From contig NZ_JABURH010000100.1 of the NCBI RefSeq assembly GCF_014762765.1, positions 454 to 64,453 on the forward strand: a stretch of DNA of 64,000 nucleotides, given 5' to 3'. The number at the start of each line of letters is the position of its first letter. Positions within the stretch are counted from its first letter, which is position 1. The notes under the pieces are model-generated. The model was not told the DNA's origin. It did no database searches and saw nothing but the letters and a program-made list of their open reading frames with translations. Made by a program: the position numbers and the translations under genes. This document shows, piece after piece, positions 29,180 to 40,006 of the stretch. The DNA comes from Alcanivorax sp. GTDB lineage: Bacteria > Pseudomonadota > Gammaproteobacteria > Pseudomonadales > Alcanivoracaceae.

Positions 29180-31389
29180 TCTGCATCCTCATCCTGGTCC
29201 GGCTCCGCTGGCAACCAGCGCCGCAAAACCGTCTCCAGTGCGTCCAGGTGCACTGGTTTCGCCAAAAAATCATCCATTCCCGCCGCCAGGCAGCGCGCCT
29301 GTACCCCTTCTGCTGTGTTGGCAGTGATTGCAACCACCGGCGTACGCAGCCCATCGTTCTGTTTTTCTCGCTCACGGAGCTGGCGGGTTACCTCAAAGCC
29401 GTCCATTTCCGGCATCATGCAATCCATCAGAATCAAATCGAAGCCCTCCTGGTCCACCAGGGCCAAGGCAGTCTCACCATTACTGACGGTTTTCACCTGA
29501 TAGCCCAGCTTGCTGAGCATGCCGCGGGTCACCAGTTGGTTGACCTCGTTATCTTCCACCAGCATCAACCGGAATTGCTTGCGTCGCAGGCGCTCCTCAC
29601 GGGTCTGCATAGGGGCATCACCCACCGGCTGCTGGCGCTGCAGCCCCACCAGTCGGGCCAGAGCGCTGCGCAAACTGCGACGGTGGGCCGGGCGCACCAG
29701 CACCACCAGATCATGTTTATCGATCAGTTTCTGGACCGCCGGGGTACCACGCTCTTCGATGGTGGCCAGAAGAATCAGTCGCACCGGCCGCAGGGACGGG
29801 TCCTCCAGGACATTACGGCACAGATTCAGGGCCAGTTCCGGCCGCGTCCAGGTGTCTACCAGCAGCAGATCAAAATCGCTATGTTCCCGGTGACCGGCCC
29901 GCAGGGCCTGCAGGGCATGGTCGTAACCCTGGGCCGACGAACACTGACAATCCAGGGTTTCCAGTTCTTCCTGCAAACAGGCCACGGTGCCGGAAGCCGC
30001 TCCCACAACCACGGCCTCTGCGCCATCCAGCGCCCGCACCAGATCCTGGGATTCGCGCATGTCCGGTTGCATCTGCACCGGCACCGTAAACCAGAAGGTC
30101 GACCCTTCACCGGGCACACTCTCTGCCCCCAGTGTGCCACCCATGGCGTCAATCAGCCCCTTGCAGACCAGCAAGCCGAAACCGGTATGGCGGCTGCTGT
30201 AGACATCCTGCCCTTCATCGATAAACCGATCCTGGAACAGATGACGCAGGGTTTCCGGGTCCATGCCCACGCCCTCGTCACTGAGCCTTACCCGCAGTAC
30301 GCCACTGCTTTCGCTTTCCACGGTGAAATCCACATCCAGGCGGATTTCCCCGTTATCGCTGAACTTGATGGCATTACTGAACAGATTGTTGAGCACCTGC
30401 ATAAGGCGCTCACGGTCACCGCGGATGCGCTTGGGCAGCAACCGGTCGATGACACAGGTCAGCTCCAGCCCGGTGTTCTGTGCCATAGGGCCAAAGGCTT
30501 CCAGGGCCTGTTCAATGGCGGTGCGGAAATCGAAAAATTCGGAATTGAGAGTGATTCGGCGCGACAGGATGCGGGAATAATCGAGCACATCATCAATCAA
30601 CGACAGCAACAGCTTGCCGCTGCGACCGGCCACCTGAAGGTAATCTTTCTGCTCGTCATCCAGGCGGGTGTCTTCCAGCAATGACATCATGCCCATGAGG
30701 GAATTCATTGGCGTACGCAGTTCATGGGCAAGCCGGTACACGAGGCTGAGCTGCACCTCCGTACTGCTTCGCACCGGCTGCTGGCTGCTGCTTTCACCGC
30801 GTCCGCGCCGCTCCCGCGTCATGGCATGCCAGAAGGTTTCATACTGGCCGCGGTAGAGTCGGAACAGGTAGAAAGCATAAATGCTGATCATGATCGCGAT
30901 CACCCAGTCGTGCAGGGACCCGGTGATCAGCAGTACCAACACGGTGGGCAGGAACATCAGCACGATATAGGCCTGACGCACCCGCAGCCCGGCCATCCAG
31001 GAGCTGCCCAGAGCCGTGGTCACGCCGACGTTATAAAGCAGTACCGCGAAGAAATTGAAGCCGGAACCCAGCCGCCAGGCCAGCCAGGCGGGGAGTATCC
31101 CCCACAGCAGGGCATGCATGGCCAGACCGGCGCCAAACAGCTTGCGCCAGCGTGCCGGCCCCGAGCCATAGAGGGCATCGAATCGGGCAACCAGCCATAA
31201 CCGATAGGCGGTGACGGCCAGAACGGCCCCGCCTCCGATGAGCGCTTCCAGTTCGAAACTCTGATAAACCTGCCCCCAGGCAAAAACCAGGGCATAAATC
31301 AGAAGGGCCGCCAAAACCCCCATCAGGGAATTCTTGGCGGCCCCGTAATCGACGCGCTTGAGAACCTTGCGATCTTTCTTGTATGTCAC
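29176..31389 (-). CDS. membrane-bound hybrid sensor histidine kinase with two receiver domains
   Basis: TM region, H-box AHELRTPMN, N-box NLFSNAIKF, G-boxes DEGVG and GFGL, and a C-terminal REC (MDCMMPEMDG). Confidence 0.92.
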   Translation of the reverse strand: MTYKKDRKVLKRVDYGAAKNSLMGVLAALLIYALVFAWGQVYQSFELEALIGGGAVLAVTAYRLWLVARFDALYGSGPARWRKLFGAGLAMHALLWGILPAWLAWRLGSGFNFFAVLLYNVGVTTALGSSWMAGLRVRQAYIVLMFLPTVLVLLITGSLHDWVIAIMISIYAFYLFRLYRGQYETFWHAMTRERRGRGESSSQQPVRSSTEVQLSLVYRLAHELRTPMNSLMGMMSLLEDTRLDDEQKDYLQVAGRSGKLLLSLIDDVLDYSRILSRRITLNSEFFDFRTAIEQALEAFGPMAQNTGLELTCVIDRLLPKRIRGDRERLMQVLNNLFSNAIKFSDNGEIRLDVDFTVESESSGVLRVRLSDEGVGMDPETLRHLFQDRFIDEGQDVYSSRHTGFGLLVCKGLIDAMGGTLGAESVPGEGSTFWFTVPVQMQPDMRESQDLVRALDGAEAVVVGAASGTVACLQEELETLDCQCSSAQGYDHALQALRAGHREHSDFDLLLVDTWTRPELALNLCRNVLEDPSLRPVRLILLATIEERGTPAVQKLIDKHDLVVLVRPAHRRSLRSALARLVGLQRQQPVGDAPMQTREERLRRKQFRLMLVEDNEVNQLVTRGMLSKLGYQVKTVSNGETALALVDQEGFDLILMDCMMPEMDGFEVTRQLREREKQNDGLRTPVVAITANTAEGVQARCLAAGMDDFLAKPVHLDALETVLRRWLPAEPDQDEDAE

Positions 31390-31428
31390 CGTGTCTTGTT
31401 CCGTGGAACGTTTCCGGACAATGTGGCG

Positions 31429-33744
31429 CTACGTTAGCACTGCTTTTCCGGGCTGGCTACTCCGCCGCGCACGATCCAGTGCAATCAGTAACGGCACAAA
31501 GAAGAAAAAGTCCACAAACAGCGCCATGGCAATGGTGATCGCCGATAGCAGCCCCATGCTGGCATTGGGATAGAAGTGGCTGGTGCCAATAATTGCGAAA
31601 TTGGCCACCAGCACCACAGAGGTAGCGACCAGGGCCACCCCCACGGTGCGGAAGGCATAATCCACCGCTTTCTCGGTATTCAACCCCAGCTCCCGCTTGG
31701 CACGCACATACTTGCTGAGGAAATGCACCGTATCATCCACCACGATCCCCAGTGTCATGCAGGCCACCACCGACACGGCCAGGCCGATCTCACCATTGAT
31801 CAACCCCCAGAGACCGAACGCCATGGCAGCCGGCAGGAGATTGGGAATCAGCGACAGCAGTCCGTAGCGAACCGAACGCAGAGCCAGAATCAGAAGCAAT
31901 GAGACGCTGACCAGCGCAATCAGGGCACCGCCCAACATACTTTCGATATTACGCATGGTGACCCGACCGAACAGGATATCCATACCTGTCCCTTTGGTCT
32001 GCATGGCCGCTGGCCAGTTATCCTGCATCCACAGCTCTACCCGGTCGTTGAAATCCAGTACCGGCTTGGAACCTATGTTTTCCAGCACCACGATGGCCCG
32101 CGCCTGGCGCTTGTCGATATCCAGCTGATCTTCCAGGCCAAGCCCCTGGGGCAGCGACAACTCATACAGCAGGGTGTATTGGGAAATCAATTCCCGGGAA
32201 TCCGGAATGCGATAGTAAGCGGGATCACCACCGTGCAGGTCACGGTTAAGGCGTTTGATCACATTGGTATAGGAGGTGGCGTAGACCACTTCATCTTGCT
32301 GCTCCAGCCATGTCATCAGATTATCAAGATGCTGCAGATACTCCGGCTCCATGGTGCCGCCGGATTCTCCGGAAGGCACCGCATAATCAATGCGGTGCAT
32401 CCCGGTCATTTCCGACATGGCAAAATCGTTGACCCGCCTTACCTCGAACGTCTCGTCAAAGTATTCGTTGAAGACATCATTGGTACGGTTAAGCCCCACG
32501 CTCGCCGTCAGCACCACGACGACAACCGACATGCCTGCCAGCCAGCGCTTGTAATGGCGGCTGAGATGGCCGGCCAGAGCGCTCATCCAGGGGGAATAAT
32601 CACGCTGTCTGCCGGGTTCAATGCGATGCGGCAACAGCATCACAAGCGCCGGCAGAAGTAGCACAGAGAACACAAAGGCCAGCAAGACGCCGATCAGCAC
32701 CACATTCCCCAGTGCCCGGAACGGTTGTGACTCGGAAAAATTGAGGATGGCAAAGCCGATTGCCGTGGTCAGGCTGGTCAACCAGATTGGCTGCAGATTG
32801 ATTCGCAGGCTTTCCAGCAGGGCCGGTGTTTTGGCAATGCCCTGCAGGCGCTCATGGCGATAACTGGCGAGCAGATGCACGGAGTCCGCCACCGCCAGTG
32901 TCAGGATCATGGCCGGCGCCATACCCACGATGGGCGAAAACTCGATACCCAGCCACATGGCCACGCCCATTGCCGAAGCAATGGAGAAAGCGATCACCAC
33001 CACGGTTACCGCCACAAACATGGCACTACGCAGGATCAGCCAGAGACACAACAGCATCACCAAAAAGGCCAAAGGCAGCGTGGTCACCATGGACTGTTCC
33101 GTGGCTTCGGCAGAGGCCTGGGAGAACACTACAGTGCCGGTCACCATGAATTCGATATCCGGGTATTGCTCACCATAGGCCCGGGCCATTTCCCGGGCGG
33201 CGGCGGTGATTTCCGGGGCCTCGGTATTGCCCTCGCTCATGGTCACTGTTGCCACTACCCCGGCCACATGCCCCTTGTCCGAAATCAGTCGGCCAACCAG
33301 TGCGGGTTCGTCGAGGGCAATCTCCCGGGCTTGGTCGATATCCTCCGCCGACATGGACAGGGCGTCTTCCACCAGCGGCGCCACGAAGAGGTCATCGCCC
33401 TCCACTTCCGTGTGCTGAAAATTGGTCAGCGAATCCACCCGGGTGGAATGTGGCAGCGTCCAGGCATCGTCGGTCAGGGCTTCGATCGCCGCCAGGGCCT
33501 GCGGCTCAAACACCCGGTCATTCTTCGGGTGCACGACGAACAACACCATTTCGTTGGCCGTGAAGCTGTCTTCCAGGGAGACAAAGCGTTTGAAATCCGG
33601 GTTCTCTTCCGTGAAGAAAATGCGCGGATCGTTGTTGTTGTGGAAATGGCTCATACCCGCAGCCATGGCAAGGCACAGGCCGGTACAGACCAGCAGCACC
33701 CACACCGGATGGGCGACCACCCAGCGACTCCAAGCGTCTTTCAT
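31429..33744 (-). CDS. MMPL/RND family transporter
   Basis: Duplicated 6-TM halves with LAVADSVH and GIVVDDTVHF. Confidence 0.88.
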   Translation of the reverse strand: MKDAWSRWVVAHPVWVLLVCTGLCLAMAAGMSHFHNNNDPRIFFTEENPDFKRFVSLEDSFTANEMVLFVVHPKNDRVFEPQALAAIEALTDDAWTLPHSTRVDSLTNFQHTEVEGDDLFVAPLVEDALSMSAEDIDQAREIALDEPALVGRLISDKGHVAGVVATVTMSEGNTEAPEITAAAREMARAYGEQYPDIEFMVTGTVVFSQASAEATEQSMVTTLPLAFLVMLLCLWLILRSAMFVAVTVVVIAFSIASAMGVAMWLGIEFSPIVGMAPAMILTLAVADSVHLLASYRHERLQGIAKTPALLESLRINLQPIWLTSLTTAIGFAILNFSESQPFRALGNVVLIGVLLAFVFSVLLLPALVMLLPHRIEPGRQRDYSPWMSALAGHLSRHYKRWLAGMSVVVVVLTASVGLNRTNDVFNEYFDETFEVRRVNDFAMSEMTGMHRIDYAVPSGESGGTMEPEYLQHLDNLMTWLEQQDEVVYATSYTNVIKRLNRDLHGGDPAYYRIPDSRELISQYTLLYELSLPQGLGLEDQLDIDKRQARAIVVLENIGSKPVLDFNDRVELWMQDNWPAAMQTKGTGMDILFGRVTMRNIESMLGGALIALVSVSLLLILALRSVRYGLLSLIPNLLPAAMAFGLWGLINGEIGLAVSVVACMTLGIVVDDTVHFLSKYVRAKRELGLNTEKAVDYAFRTVGVALVATSVVLVANFAIIGTSHFYPNASMGLLSAITIAMALFVDFFFFVPLLIALDRARRSSQPGKAVLT

Positions 33745-33826
33745 TCGTTACCCCCATTGATCTGGGACGGAAGTCTAGGCAGAGGTAAACACCGTGTCAC
33801 GGACCGAACAGGCCAAAATCAACAAC

Positions 33827-33842
33827 TTTACGTTAACGTAAA
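33827..33842. promoter_or_regulatory. LiuR operator
   Basis: Perfect palindrome TTTACGTTAACGTAAA, 20 nt upstream of liuR, matching the known LiuR box. Confidence 0.85.
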
Positions 33843-33861
33843 CTTCCCCTATTCTTTTTCC

Positions 33862-34251
33862 ATGAGTAAAAAACAGACCTACAGCATCGGCGAGCTGGCC
33901 CGGGAATTTGATGTCACCACCCGCACCATCCGCTTTTACGAAGACCAGGGCCTGGTGACTCCGCAACGACGGGGCCAGACTCGGGTCTACACCCCCGCCG
34001 ATCGGGTCACCCTGAAACTGATACTGCGCGGTAAGCGACTGGGATTTTCCCTGGCCGAATCCAAAGAGTTGATCCGCATGTACCAGCCCCAGGGCGATAA
34101 CCGCAGTCAGCTTCTCGCCCTGCAGGGAAAGATTCACCAGCGCCGAGCACAATTGGAACAACAACTTCGGGATATTCAGGTCATGCAGCGGGAACTCGAT
34201 GACGCCGAGCAGCGCTGCCTGGACGCCCTTCACGATCTGGAGACACAATAA
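33862..34251 (+). CDS. liuR: MerR family regulator LiuR
   Basis: [22 protein letters not shown] and [14 protein letters not shown]. Stop overlaps the liuA start. Confidence 0.92.
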   Translation: MSKKQTYSIGELAREFDVTTRTIRFYEDQGLVTPQRRGQTRVYTPADRVTLKLILRGKRLGFSLAESKELIRMYQPQGDNRSQLLALQGKIHQRRAQLEQQLRDIQVMQRELDDAEQRCLDALHDLETQ

Positions 34252-35414
34252 TGTTCAACAGCACTTTCAATTTTCATCTGGGCGAAACTATCGATGCGCT
34301 CCGTGATACGGCCCGTGCCTTTGCCCAGAAAGAAATTGCCCCCCTGGCCGCCGAAATCGACCGCAGCAATGAGTTCCCCCTGCCGTTGTGGAAAAAAATG
34401 GGCGATCTGGGCCTGCTGGGTATTACCGCTGACGAAGAATACGGCGGCGCCAACATGGGCTACCTGGCCCACACCATTGTGGTAGAGGAAATTTCCCGGG
34501 CTTCTGCGTCTATCGGTCTCTCCTACGGCGCCCACTCCAACCTGTGCGTCAACCAGATTGTTATCAACGGTACCGACGAGCAGAAAGCCCGGTATCTGCC
34601 CAAACTGATCAGCGGTGACCATATCGGTGCCCTGGCCATGAGCGAGCCCGGTGCCGGGTCCGATGTGGTCAGCATGAAGCTGCGCGCCGAAAAGAAAGGC
34701 GACCGCTACATCCTCAATGGCAACAAGATGTGGATTACCAACGGCCCTGACGCCCATACCTATGTGATCTACGCCAAGACTGACAGCAATGCAGGCCCCC
34801 GAGGCATCACAGCGTTCATCGTCGAGCGTGATTTCCCCGGCTTCTCCCGCGCTCAAAAGCTGGACAAACTGGGCATGCGTGGCTCCAACACCTGCGAGCT
34901 GGTGTTCGAAGACTGCGAAGTCCCCGCCGAAAACATCCTCGGCAAGGAAAACGAGGGTGTGAAAGTGCTGATGAGCGGCCTGGATTACGAGCGCACCATT
35001 CTTTCCGGGGGCCCGGTAGGCGTGATGCAGGCCTGTATGGACGAAGTGGTGCCCTACATCCACGAGCGCAAACAGTTTGGTCAGGCCATCGGCGAGTTCC
35101 AGCTGATACAGGGCAAGATCGCCGACATGTACGTGATGCTCAATACCAGCCGCAGCTATCTCTACCATGTGGCTCAGGCCTGTGACCGCGGCGAGACCAA
35201 CCGCAAGGATGCCGCCGGCGTGATCCTCTACTGCGCCGAAAATGCCACCAAGATGGCACTGGAAGCGATCCAGACCCTGGGCGGTAACGGCTACATCAAC
35301 GACTACAACACCGGTCGCCTGCTGCGCGACGCCAAGCTCTATGAAATCGGCGCCGGCACCAGTGAAATCCGTCGCATGCTGATCGGCCGCGAGCTGTTTA
35401 ACGAAACCGCCTGA
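34251..35414 (+). CDS. liuA: isovaleryl-CoA dehydrogenase
   Basis: [26 protein letters not shown] (IVD catalytic Glu) and [10 protein letters not shown]. Confidence 0.95.
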   Translation: MFNSTFNFHLGETIDALRDTARAFAQKEIAPLAAEIDRSNEFPLPLWKKMGDLGLLGITADEEYGGANMGYLAHTIVVEEISRASASIGLSYGAHSNLCVNQIVINGTDEQKARYLPKLISGDHIGALAMSEPGAGSDVVSMKLRAEKKGDRYILNGNKMWITNGPDAHTYVIYAKTDSNAGPRGITAFIVERDFPGFSRAQKLDKLGMRGSNTCELVFEDCEVPAENILGKENEGVKVLMSGLDYERTILSGGPVGVMQACMDEVVPYIHERKQFGQAIGEFQLIQGKIADMYVMLNTSRSYLYHVAQACDRGETNRKDAAGVILYCAENATKMALEAIQTLGGNGYINDYNTGRLLRDAKLYEIGAGTSEIRRMLIGRELFNETA

Positions 35415-35432
35415 CCAAGCCAGCAAAAGAAA

Positions 35433-35503
35433 TTTTCACCACAGAGGGCACAGAGTTCACTGAGGAAAACCTTATCTCTGTGTGCTCTGTGACCTCTGTG
35501 GTA
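35433..35503. repeat. CACAGAG 9-nt-period palindromic element, copy C (inverted relative to A and B)
   Basis: ACCACAGAGGGCACAGAGTTCACTGAGGAAA...TTATCTCTGTGTGCTCTGTGACCTCTGTGGT in the liuA-liuB spacer. Confidence 0.9.
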
Positions 35504-35527
35504 AGAAACGGTTTTTGCGAGACTCCT

Positions 35528-37135
35528 ATGCCCAAGATCAATAGCCAGATCAATCCTGCCAGCCCGGAATTTCAGGCCAATCGGGAACACAACCTGACAC
35601 TGCGCCAGCAGCTGCAGGAAAAACTGGACCACATCGCCCACGGCGGTGGCGAAGCCGCCGAACAGCGCCTGCGCGAGCGCGGCAAGCTGCCGGTCCGTGA
35701 ACGTATCAACCTGCTGCTGGACCCGGGCTCCCCGTTTCTGGAGATTTCCGCCCTGGCCGCCGAAGGGGTCTATGGGGAAGACGTGCCGGCGGCGGGCTGT
35801 GTGGGCGGCATCGGTCAGATCCACGGCGTGGAATGCATGATCGTCGCTAACGATCCCTCGGTAAAAGGCGGCAGCTACTACCCGCTGACCGTGAAAAAAC
35901 ACCTGCGGGCCCAGGCCATTGCCGCCGAAAACCGGCTTCCCTGTGTCTATCTGGTGGATTCCGGCGGTGCCAACCTGCCCCGTCAGGATGAGGTCTTCCC
36001 GGATCGCGAACACTTTGGCCGCATCTTCTTCAACATGGCCAACATGTCCGCCCGCGGCATTCCCCAGATCAGTGTGGTACTGGGCTCCTGCACCGCTGGC
36101 GGCGCCTACGTGCCGGCCATGGCCGACGAAGTGATCATGGTCAAGGAACAGGCCACCATCTTCCTGGCCGGCCCGCCGCTGGTGAAAGCGGCCACCGGCG
36201 AGGTAGTCACCGCCGAGGAGCTGGGCGGCGCCAACCTGCACTGTGAACAATCCGGGGTGGCCGATCATCTGGCCGAAGACGAACCCCACGCCCTGGAACT
36301 GGCCCGCCGCTCCATTGCCCACCTGAACTGGCACAAGCCCGATCAGGTCAACCGTCAGCCGGTACGGCCGCCAGCTTACGATCCCAACGAGCTTTACGGC
36401 GTCATTCCCACCACGACCCGCCAGCCCATGCCGGCACGGGAACTGATTGCGCGCATCGTGGACGGCTCCGAACTGGATGAATTCAAGGCCCGCTATGGCA
36501 CTACCCTGGTGTGCGGCTTTGCCCATATCCACGGCTATCCGGTGGGCCTTCTTGCCAACGATGGGGTGCTTTATTCCGAGTCTGCCCAGAAAGGCGCGCA
36601 CTTCATCGAACTGTGTAACCAGCGAAAGATTCCGCTGCTGTTCCTGCAGAACATCACCGGCTTCATGGTGGGCAAGAAATACGAGTCCGAAGGCATCGCC
36701 AAACACGGCGCCAAGATGGTCAACGCTGTGGCCTGTGCCAGCGTGCCCAAATTCACCGTGATCACCGGTGGCAGCTTCGGCGCCGGTAACTATGGCATGT
36801 GTGGACGCTCCTACGATCCGCGCTTCATGTTCATGTGGCCCAATGCCCGTATTGGCGTAATGGGCGGGGAACAGGCCGCCAGCGTGCTGACTCAGGTAAA
36901 GCAGGCCTCGTTGAAGAAGAAAGGTCAGCAATGGAGTGACGAGGAAGCTGCCGCCTTCCAGGCAGATATGACCGAGCGCTACGAAGAAATGGCGCAACCC
37001 TGGTACGCCAGCGCACGGCTGTGGGACGACGGCGTGATCGATCCCGCCGACACCCGCGATGTGCTCGGCCTGGCCATTTCTGCCAGCTTGAATGCGCCGA
37101 TTGAAGAGACACGGTATGGCGTGTTTCGGATGTGA
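35528..37135 (+). CDS. liuB: methylcrotonoyl-CoA carboxylase beta subunit
   Basis: [24 protein letters not shown] and ARLWDDG. Confidence 0.95.
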   Translation: MPKINSQINPASPEFQANREHNLTLRQQLQEKLDHIAHGGGEAAEQRLRERGKLPVRERINLLLDPGSPFLEISALAAEGVYGEDVPAAGCVGGIGQIHGVECMIVANDPSVKGGSYYPLTVKKHLRAQAIAAENRLPCVYLVDSGGANLPRQDEVFPDREHFGRIFFNMANMSARGIPQISVVLGSCTAGGAYVPAMADEVIMVKEQATIFLAGPPLVKAATGEVVTAEELGGANLHCEQSGVADHLAEDEPHALELARRSIAHLNWHKPDQVNRQPVRPPAYDPNELYGVIPTTTRQPMPARELIARIVDGSELDEFKARYGTTLVCGFAHIHGYPVGLLANDGVLYSESAQKGAHFIELCNQRKIPLLFLQNITGFMVGKKYESEGIAKHGAKMVNAVACASVPKFTVITGGSFGAGNYGMCGRSYDPRFMFMWPNARIGVMGGEQAASVLTQVKQASLKKKGQQWSDEEAAAFQADMTERYEEMAQPWYASARLWDDGVIDPADTRDVLGLAISASLNAPIEETRYGVFRM

Positions 37136-37139
37136 TTGG

Positions 37140-37168
37140 GTCGGACGTCCGACGTCTGACGTCCGACG
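37140..37168. repeat. heptamer tandem repeat TCNGACG x4
   Basis: TCGGACG TCCGACG TCTGACG TCCGACG, including the perfect palindrome GTCGGACGTCCGAC. Confidence 0.75.
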
Positions 37169-37189
37169 CTCAAAAACCTGGAGCAGGAT

Positions 37190-37963
37190 ATGAGCGTAAC
37201 AATACAAACAGAAGGTTCGGTGGCCAGAATCACTCTGGACAACCCGGAAAAACGCAACGCCTTCGATGACCGCATCATTGCCTCGCTGACGGAAGCTTTT
37301 GAGCAAGCCGGCAGCGATGACGGTGTCCGCGTGGTGGTGTTGCAGGCCGCCGGCAAACATTTTTCCGCGGGCGCCGACCTCAACTGGATGCGCGCCATGG
37401 GAAAACTGGATGCGCAACAAAACCGGGACGATGCACTGAAACTGGCGCGGCTGATGCAGTCTATCGACCAGTGCCCCAAGCCTGTTATCGCCCGGGTTCA
37501 GGGCGCAGCCTTTGGCGGTGCTCTGGGCCTGATCTGCGCCGCCGACATGGCGGTGGCCGCCGACAATGCCCGCTTCTGCCTCAGCGAAGTGAAGCTGGGC
37601 ATCGTGCCAGCGGTGATCAGCCCCTATGTGGTGCGGGCTATGGGCGCCCGGCAGGCCAATCGTTATTTCATGACGGCGGAAGTGATCCCCGCCGAGCGGG
37701 CCGTAGCGCTGGGCATTGCCCATGAGGTCGTTCCGGAAAGCGAGCTGAACGACAGCGTGGATTCCCTGATCAACGCCCTGCTCGCCGCCGCCCCCCAAGC
37801 ACAGATCGAAGCCCGCAACCTGATCGCCCGCGTCAGCCACGGCCCCATTGATCAGGCCATGCTCGACGACACCGCCGACCTGATCGCCCGGCTGCGAACC
37901 GGAGAAGAAGGCCAGGAAGGGCTGAGTGCCTTTCTGGAAAAACGAACACCCAACTGGATCTGA
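37190..37963 (+). CDS. liuC: methylglutaconyl-CoA hydratase (crotonase family)
   Basis: FSAGADLNWM, FGGALG and SEVKLGIVPAVISPYV. Confidence 0.9.
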   Translation: MSVTIQTEGSVARITLDNPEKRNAFDDRIIASLTEAFEQAGSDDGVRVVVLQAAGKHFSAGADLNWMRAMGKLDAQQNRDDALKLARLMQSIDQCPKPVIARVQGAAFGGALGLICAADMAVAADNARFCLSEVKLGIVPAVISPYVVRAMGARQANRYFMTAEVIPAERAVALGIAHEVVPESELNDSVDSLINALLAAAPQAQIEARNLIARVSHGPIDQAMLDDTADLIARLRTGEEGQEGLSAFLEKRTPNWI

Positions 37964-37972
37964 TCCACTACC

Positions 37973-38037
37973 CGTAGGAGCGTCGCTGGCGGCGCGATAA
38001 GCCACGACGAAATCGCGCCGCCAGCGACGCTCCTACG
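37973..38037. repeat. GTAG REP doublet, perfect 26-bp inverted repeat
   Basis: CGTAGGAGCGTCGCTGGCGGCGCGAT, 13-nt spacer, then its reverse complement. Confidence 0.85.
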
Positions 38038-38056
38038 GCAGGACAAAGGCAACACC

Positions 38057-40006
38057 ATGGCAACGATAAAAAAACTCCTGATCGCCAACCGAGGCGAAAT
38101 CGCCCGGCGCATTATCCGCACCTGCCGCCAGCAAGGCATCGCTACCGTGGCGGTCTACTCCGATGTGGATGCCTCTCTGCCCCATGTCCGTGAGGCAGAT
38201 CAGGCAGTCTGCCTGGGTCCGGCGCCGGCGCGGGAGAGCTATCTGGTGATCGACAAGGTCATCGCCGCCGCCAGAGAAACCGGCGCCGATGCCATTCACC
38301 CGGGGTACGGATTCCTTTCCGAGAACACCGCCTTTGCTGCCGCCTGTGAAAACGCGGGTATCATTTTTGTCGGCCCCAATGCCCGAGCCATTGAGGTCAT
38401 GGGCGACAAGGCCGCCGCCCGGCAATTGATGGCGAACAGCGGCGTGCCGGTATTGCCCGGTTTCGATGAGGAAGGCGCCAGTGATGATGACCTGGTTCGC
38501 GCCAGCGAACAGGTGGGTTTTCCACTTCTGATAAAGGCCGTAGCCGGCGGTGGTGGCAAGGGCATGCGAGTGGTCAATAGCGCCAGCGAATTCAACGAAG
38601 CGCTGGCAGCGGCACGCCGCGAAGCCAGCGGCGCCTTTGGCGATGACCGGGTGCTGCTGGAGCGCTATCTGCCAACAGCCCGCCACGTGGAGGTCCAGGT
38701 ATTCGCTGACAATCACGGTAACGCGGTGCATCTGTTCGAGCGGGACTGTTCGGTACAGCGTCGCCACCAGAAAATCATCGAGGAGGCCCCGGCGCCGGGG
38801 CTGGACGAGGCCACCCGGAACGCCTTTGGTGACGCCGCGGTCCAGGCCGCCAAGGCCATTGATTACCGCGGTGCGGGTACCGTCGAGTTCCTCTACGGTC
38901 CCGATGGCCAGTTCTACTTTATGGAAATGAACACTCGCCTGCAGGTAGAACACCCGGTGACGGAAATGATCACCGGCGAAGACCTGGTCGCCTGGCAGCT
39001 GGCCGTCGCCGCCGGCGATCCACTGCCCAAAGCGCAGCACCAGATCGAACGTCACGGCCACGCCATGGAAGTGCGTCTCTATGCGGAGAACCCGGAACAG
39101 GGCTTCCTGCCCTCTTCCGGCCTGCTCAGCCATCTGCGCTGGCCCCATGAGGTGGCCCGGGTGGATGCCGGATATGAGCATGGCGACCGGGTGGACGATC
39201 ACTACGATCCCATGATCGCCAAGTTGATCTGCCATGGTGGGTCCCGCCATGAGGCCCGCCGGAAACTGATCACGGCTCTGGACGCCCTGGAGCTGAAAGG
39301 CATCCACCACAATGCCCCCTTCCTGCACCGGGTGCTCAACGACGATGCCTTTGCCGATGGCGACCTGGATACCCGTCTTCTGGAACACCGCCCACACCTG
39401 CTCGAGGCCACGGTGACCGAACTGGCGCTGCTGGCCCTGGCCGCCAGCCAGGTAATCGCTGCCGACAGCATCAACGACTCCCCCTGGCAAAGTCTGCAAG
39501 GCTGGCGACCCATGGGCCGGCGTTTTCGGCAAACCCTGCTTCAGGTGGATGGCGACCTGATCACCGTCCGCGAACAGGACGGCGTTGCCTCCGTGGGCGA
39601 CAAACAGGCGCCCCTTGTTGCGACACGGGATGCCCAGACCATCAACCTGCATTGGGGCACCAACGGTTTGCGCGCACGCCATGCCCGCAAAGATGACAGC
39701 ACCCTGCTGTTGTTCGTGGCCGGACAGGCCCATGAAATCACTCTCAATCCCAGCCGCGACAGTGCCCAACATGACGATGCAGCCGGCTTCATCGCGCCCA
39801 TGAGTGGCACCATCGTTGCCCTGCATGTGTCCGCGGGCGATGCCGTTGCTGCTGGCGATGCAGTCATTACACTGGAAGCCATGAAAATGGAGCACACCCT
39901 GCGCGCAACGGTGCCGGGGACCGTGCATGACTTTCATGTGGCAACCGGAGACAGCGTCAGCGAAGGCACCTTGCTGGTGGAATTTGAAGAGGCCGCTGAC
40001 GACTGA
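38057..40006 (+). CDS. liuD: methylcrotonoyl-CoA carboxylase alpha (biotin) subunit
   Basis: ANRGEIA, GGGGKGMR, MNTRLQVEHPVTE and the biotin site EAMKMEH. Confidence 0.93.
   Translation: MATIKKLLIANRGEIARRIIRTCRQQGIATVAVYSDVDASLPHVREADQAVCLGPAPARESYLVIDKVIAAARETGADAIHPGYGFLSENTAFAAACENAGIIFVGPNARAIEVMGDKAAARQLMANSGVPVLPGFDEEGASDDDLVRASEQVGFPLLIKAVAGGGGKGMRVVNSASEFNEALAAARREASGAFGDDRVLLERYLPTARHVEVQVFADNHGNAVHLFERDCSVQRRHQKIIEEAPAPGLDEATRNAFGDAAVQAAKAIDYRGAGTVEFLYGPDGQFYFMEMNTRLQVEHPVTEMITGEDLVAWQLAVAAGDPLPKAQHQIERHGHAMEVRLYAENPEQGFLPSSGLLSHLRWPHEVARVDAGYEHGDRVDDHYDPMIAKLICHGGSRHEARRKLITALDALELKGIHHNAPFLHRVLNDDAFADGDLDTRLLEHRPHLLEATVTELALLALAASQVIAADSINDSPWQSLQGWRPMGRRFRQTLLQVDGDLITVREQDGVASVGDKQAPLVATRDAQTINLHWGTNGLRARHARKDDSTLLLFVAGQAHEITLNPSRDSAQHDDAAGFIAPMSGTIVALHVSAGDAVAAGDAVITLEAMKMEHTLRATVPGTVHDFHVATGDSVSEGTLLVEFEEAADD

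Noticed and set aside
32854-33861. N-terminal extension making LiuR 465 aa
   Set aside because: It is antisense to the MMPL gene. The MerR domain starts at ATG 33862, just after the operator.
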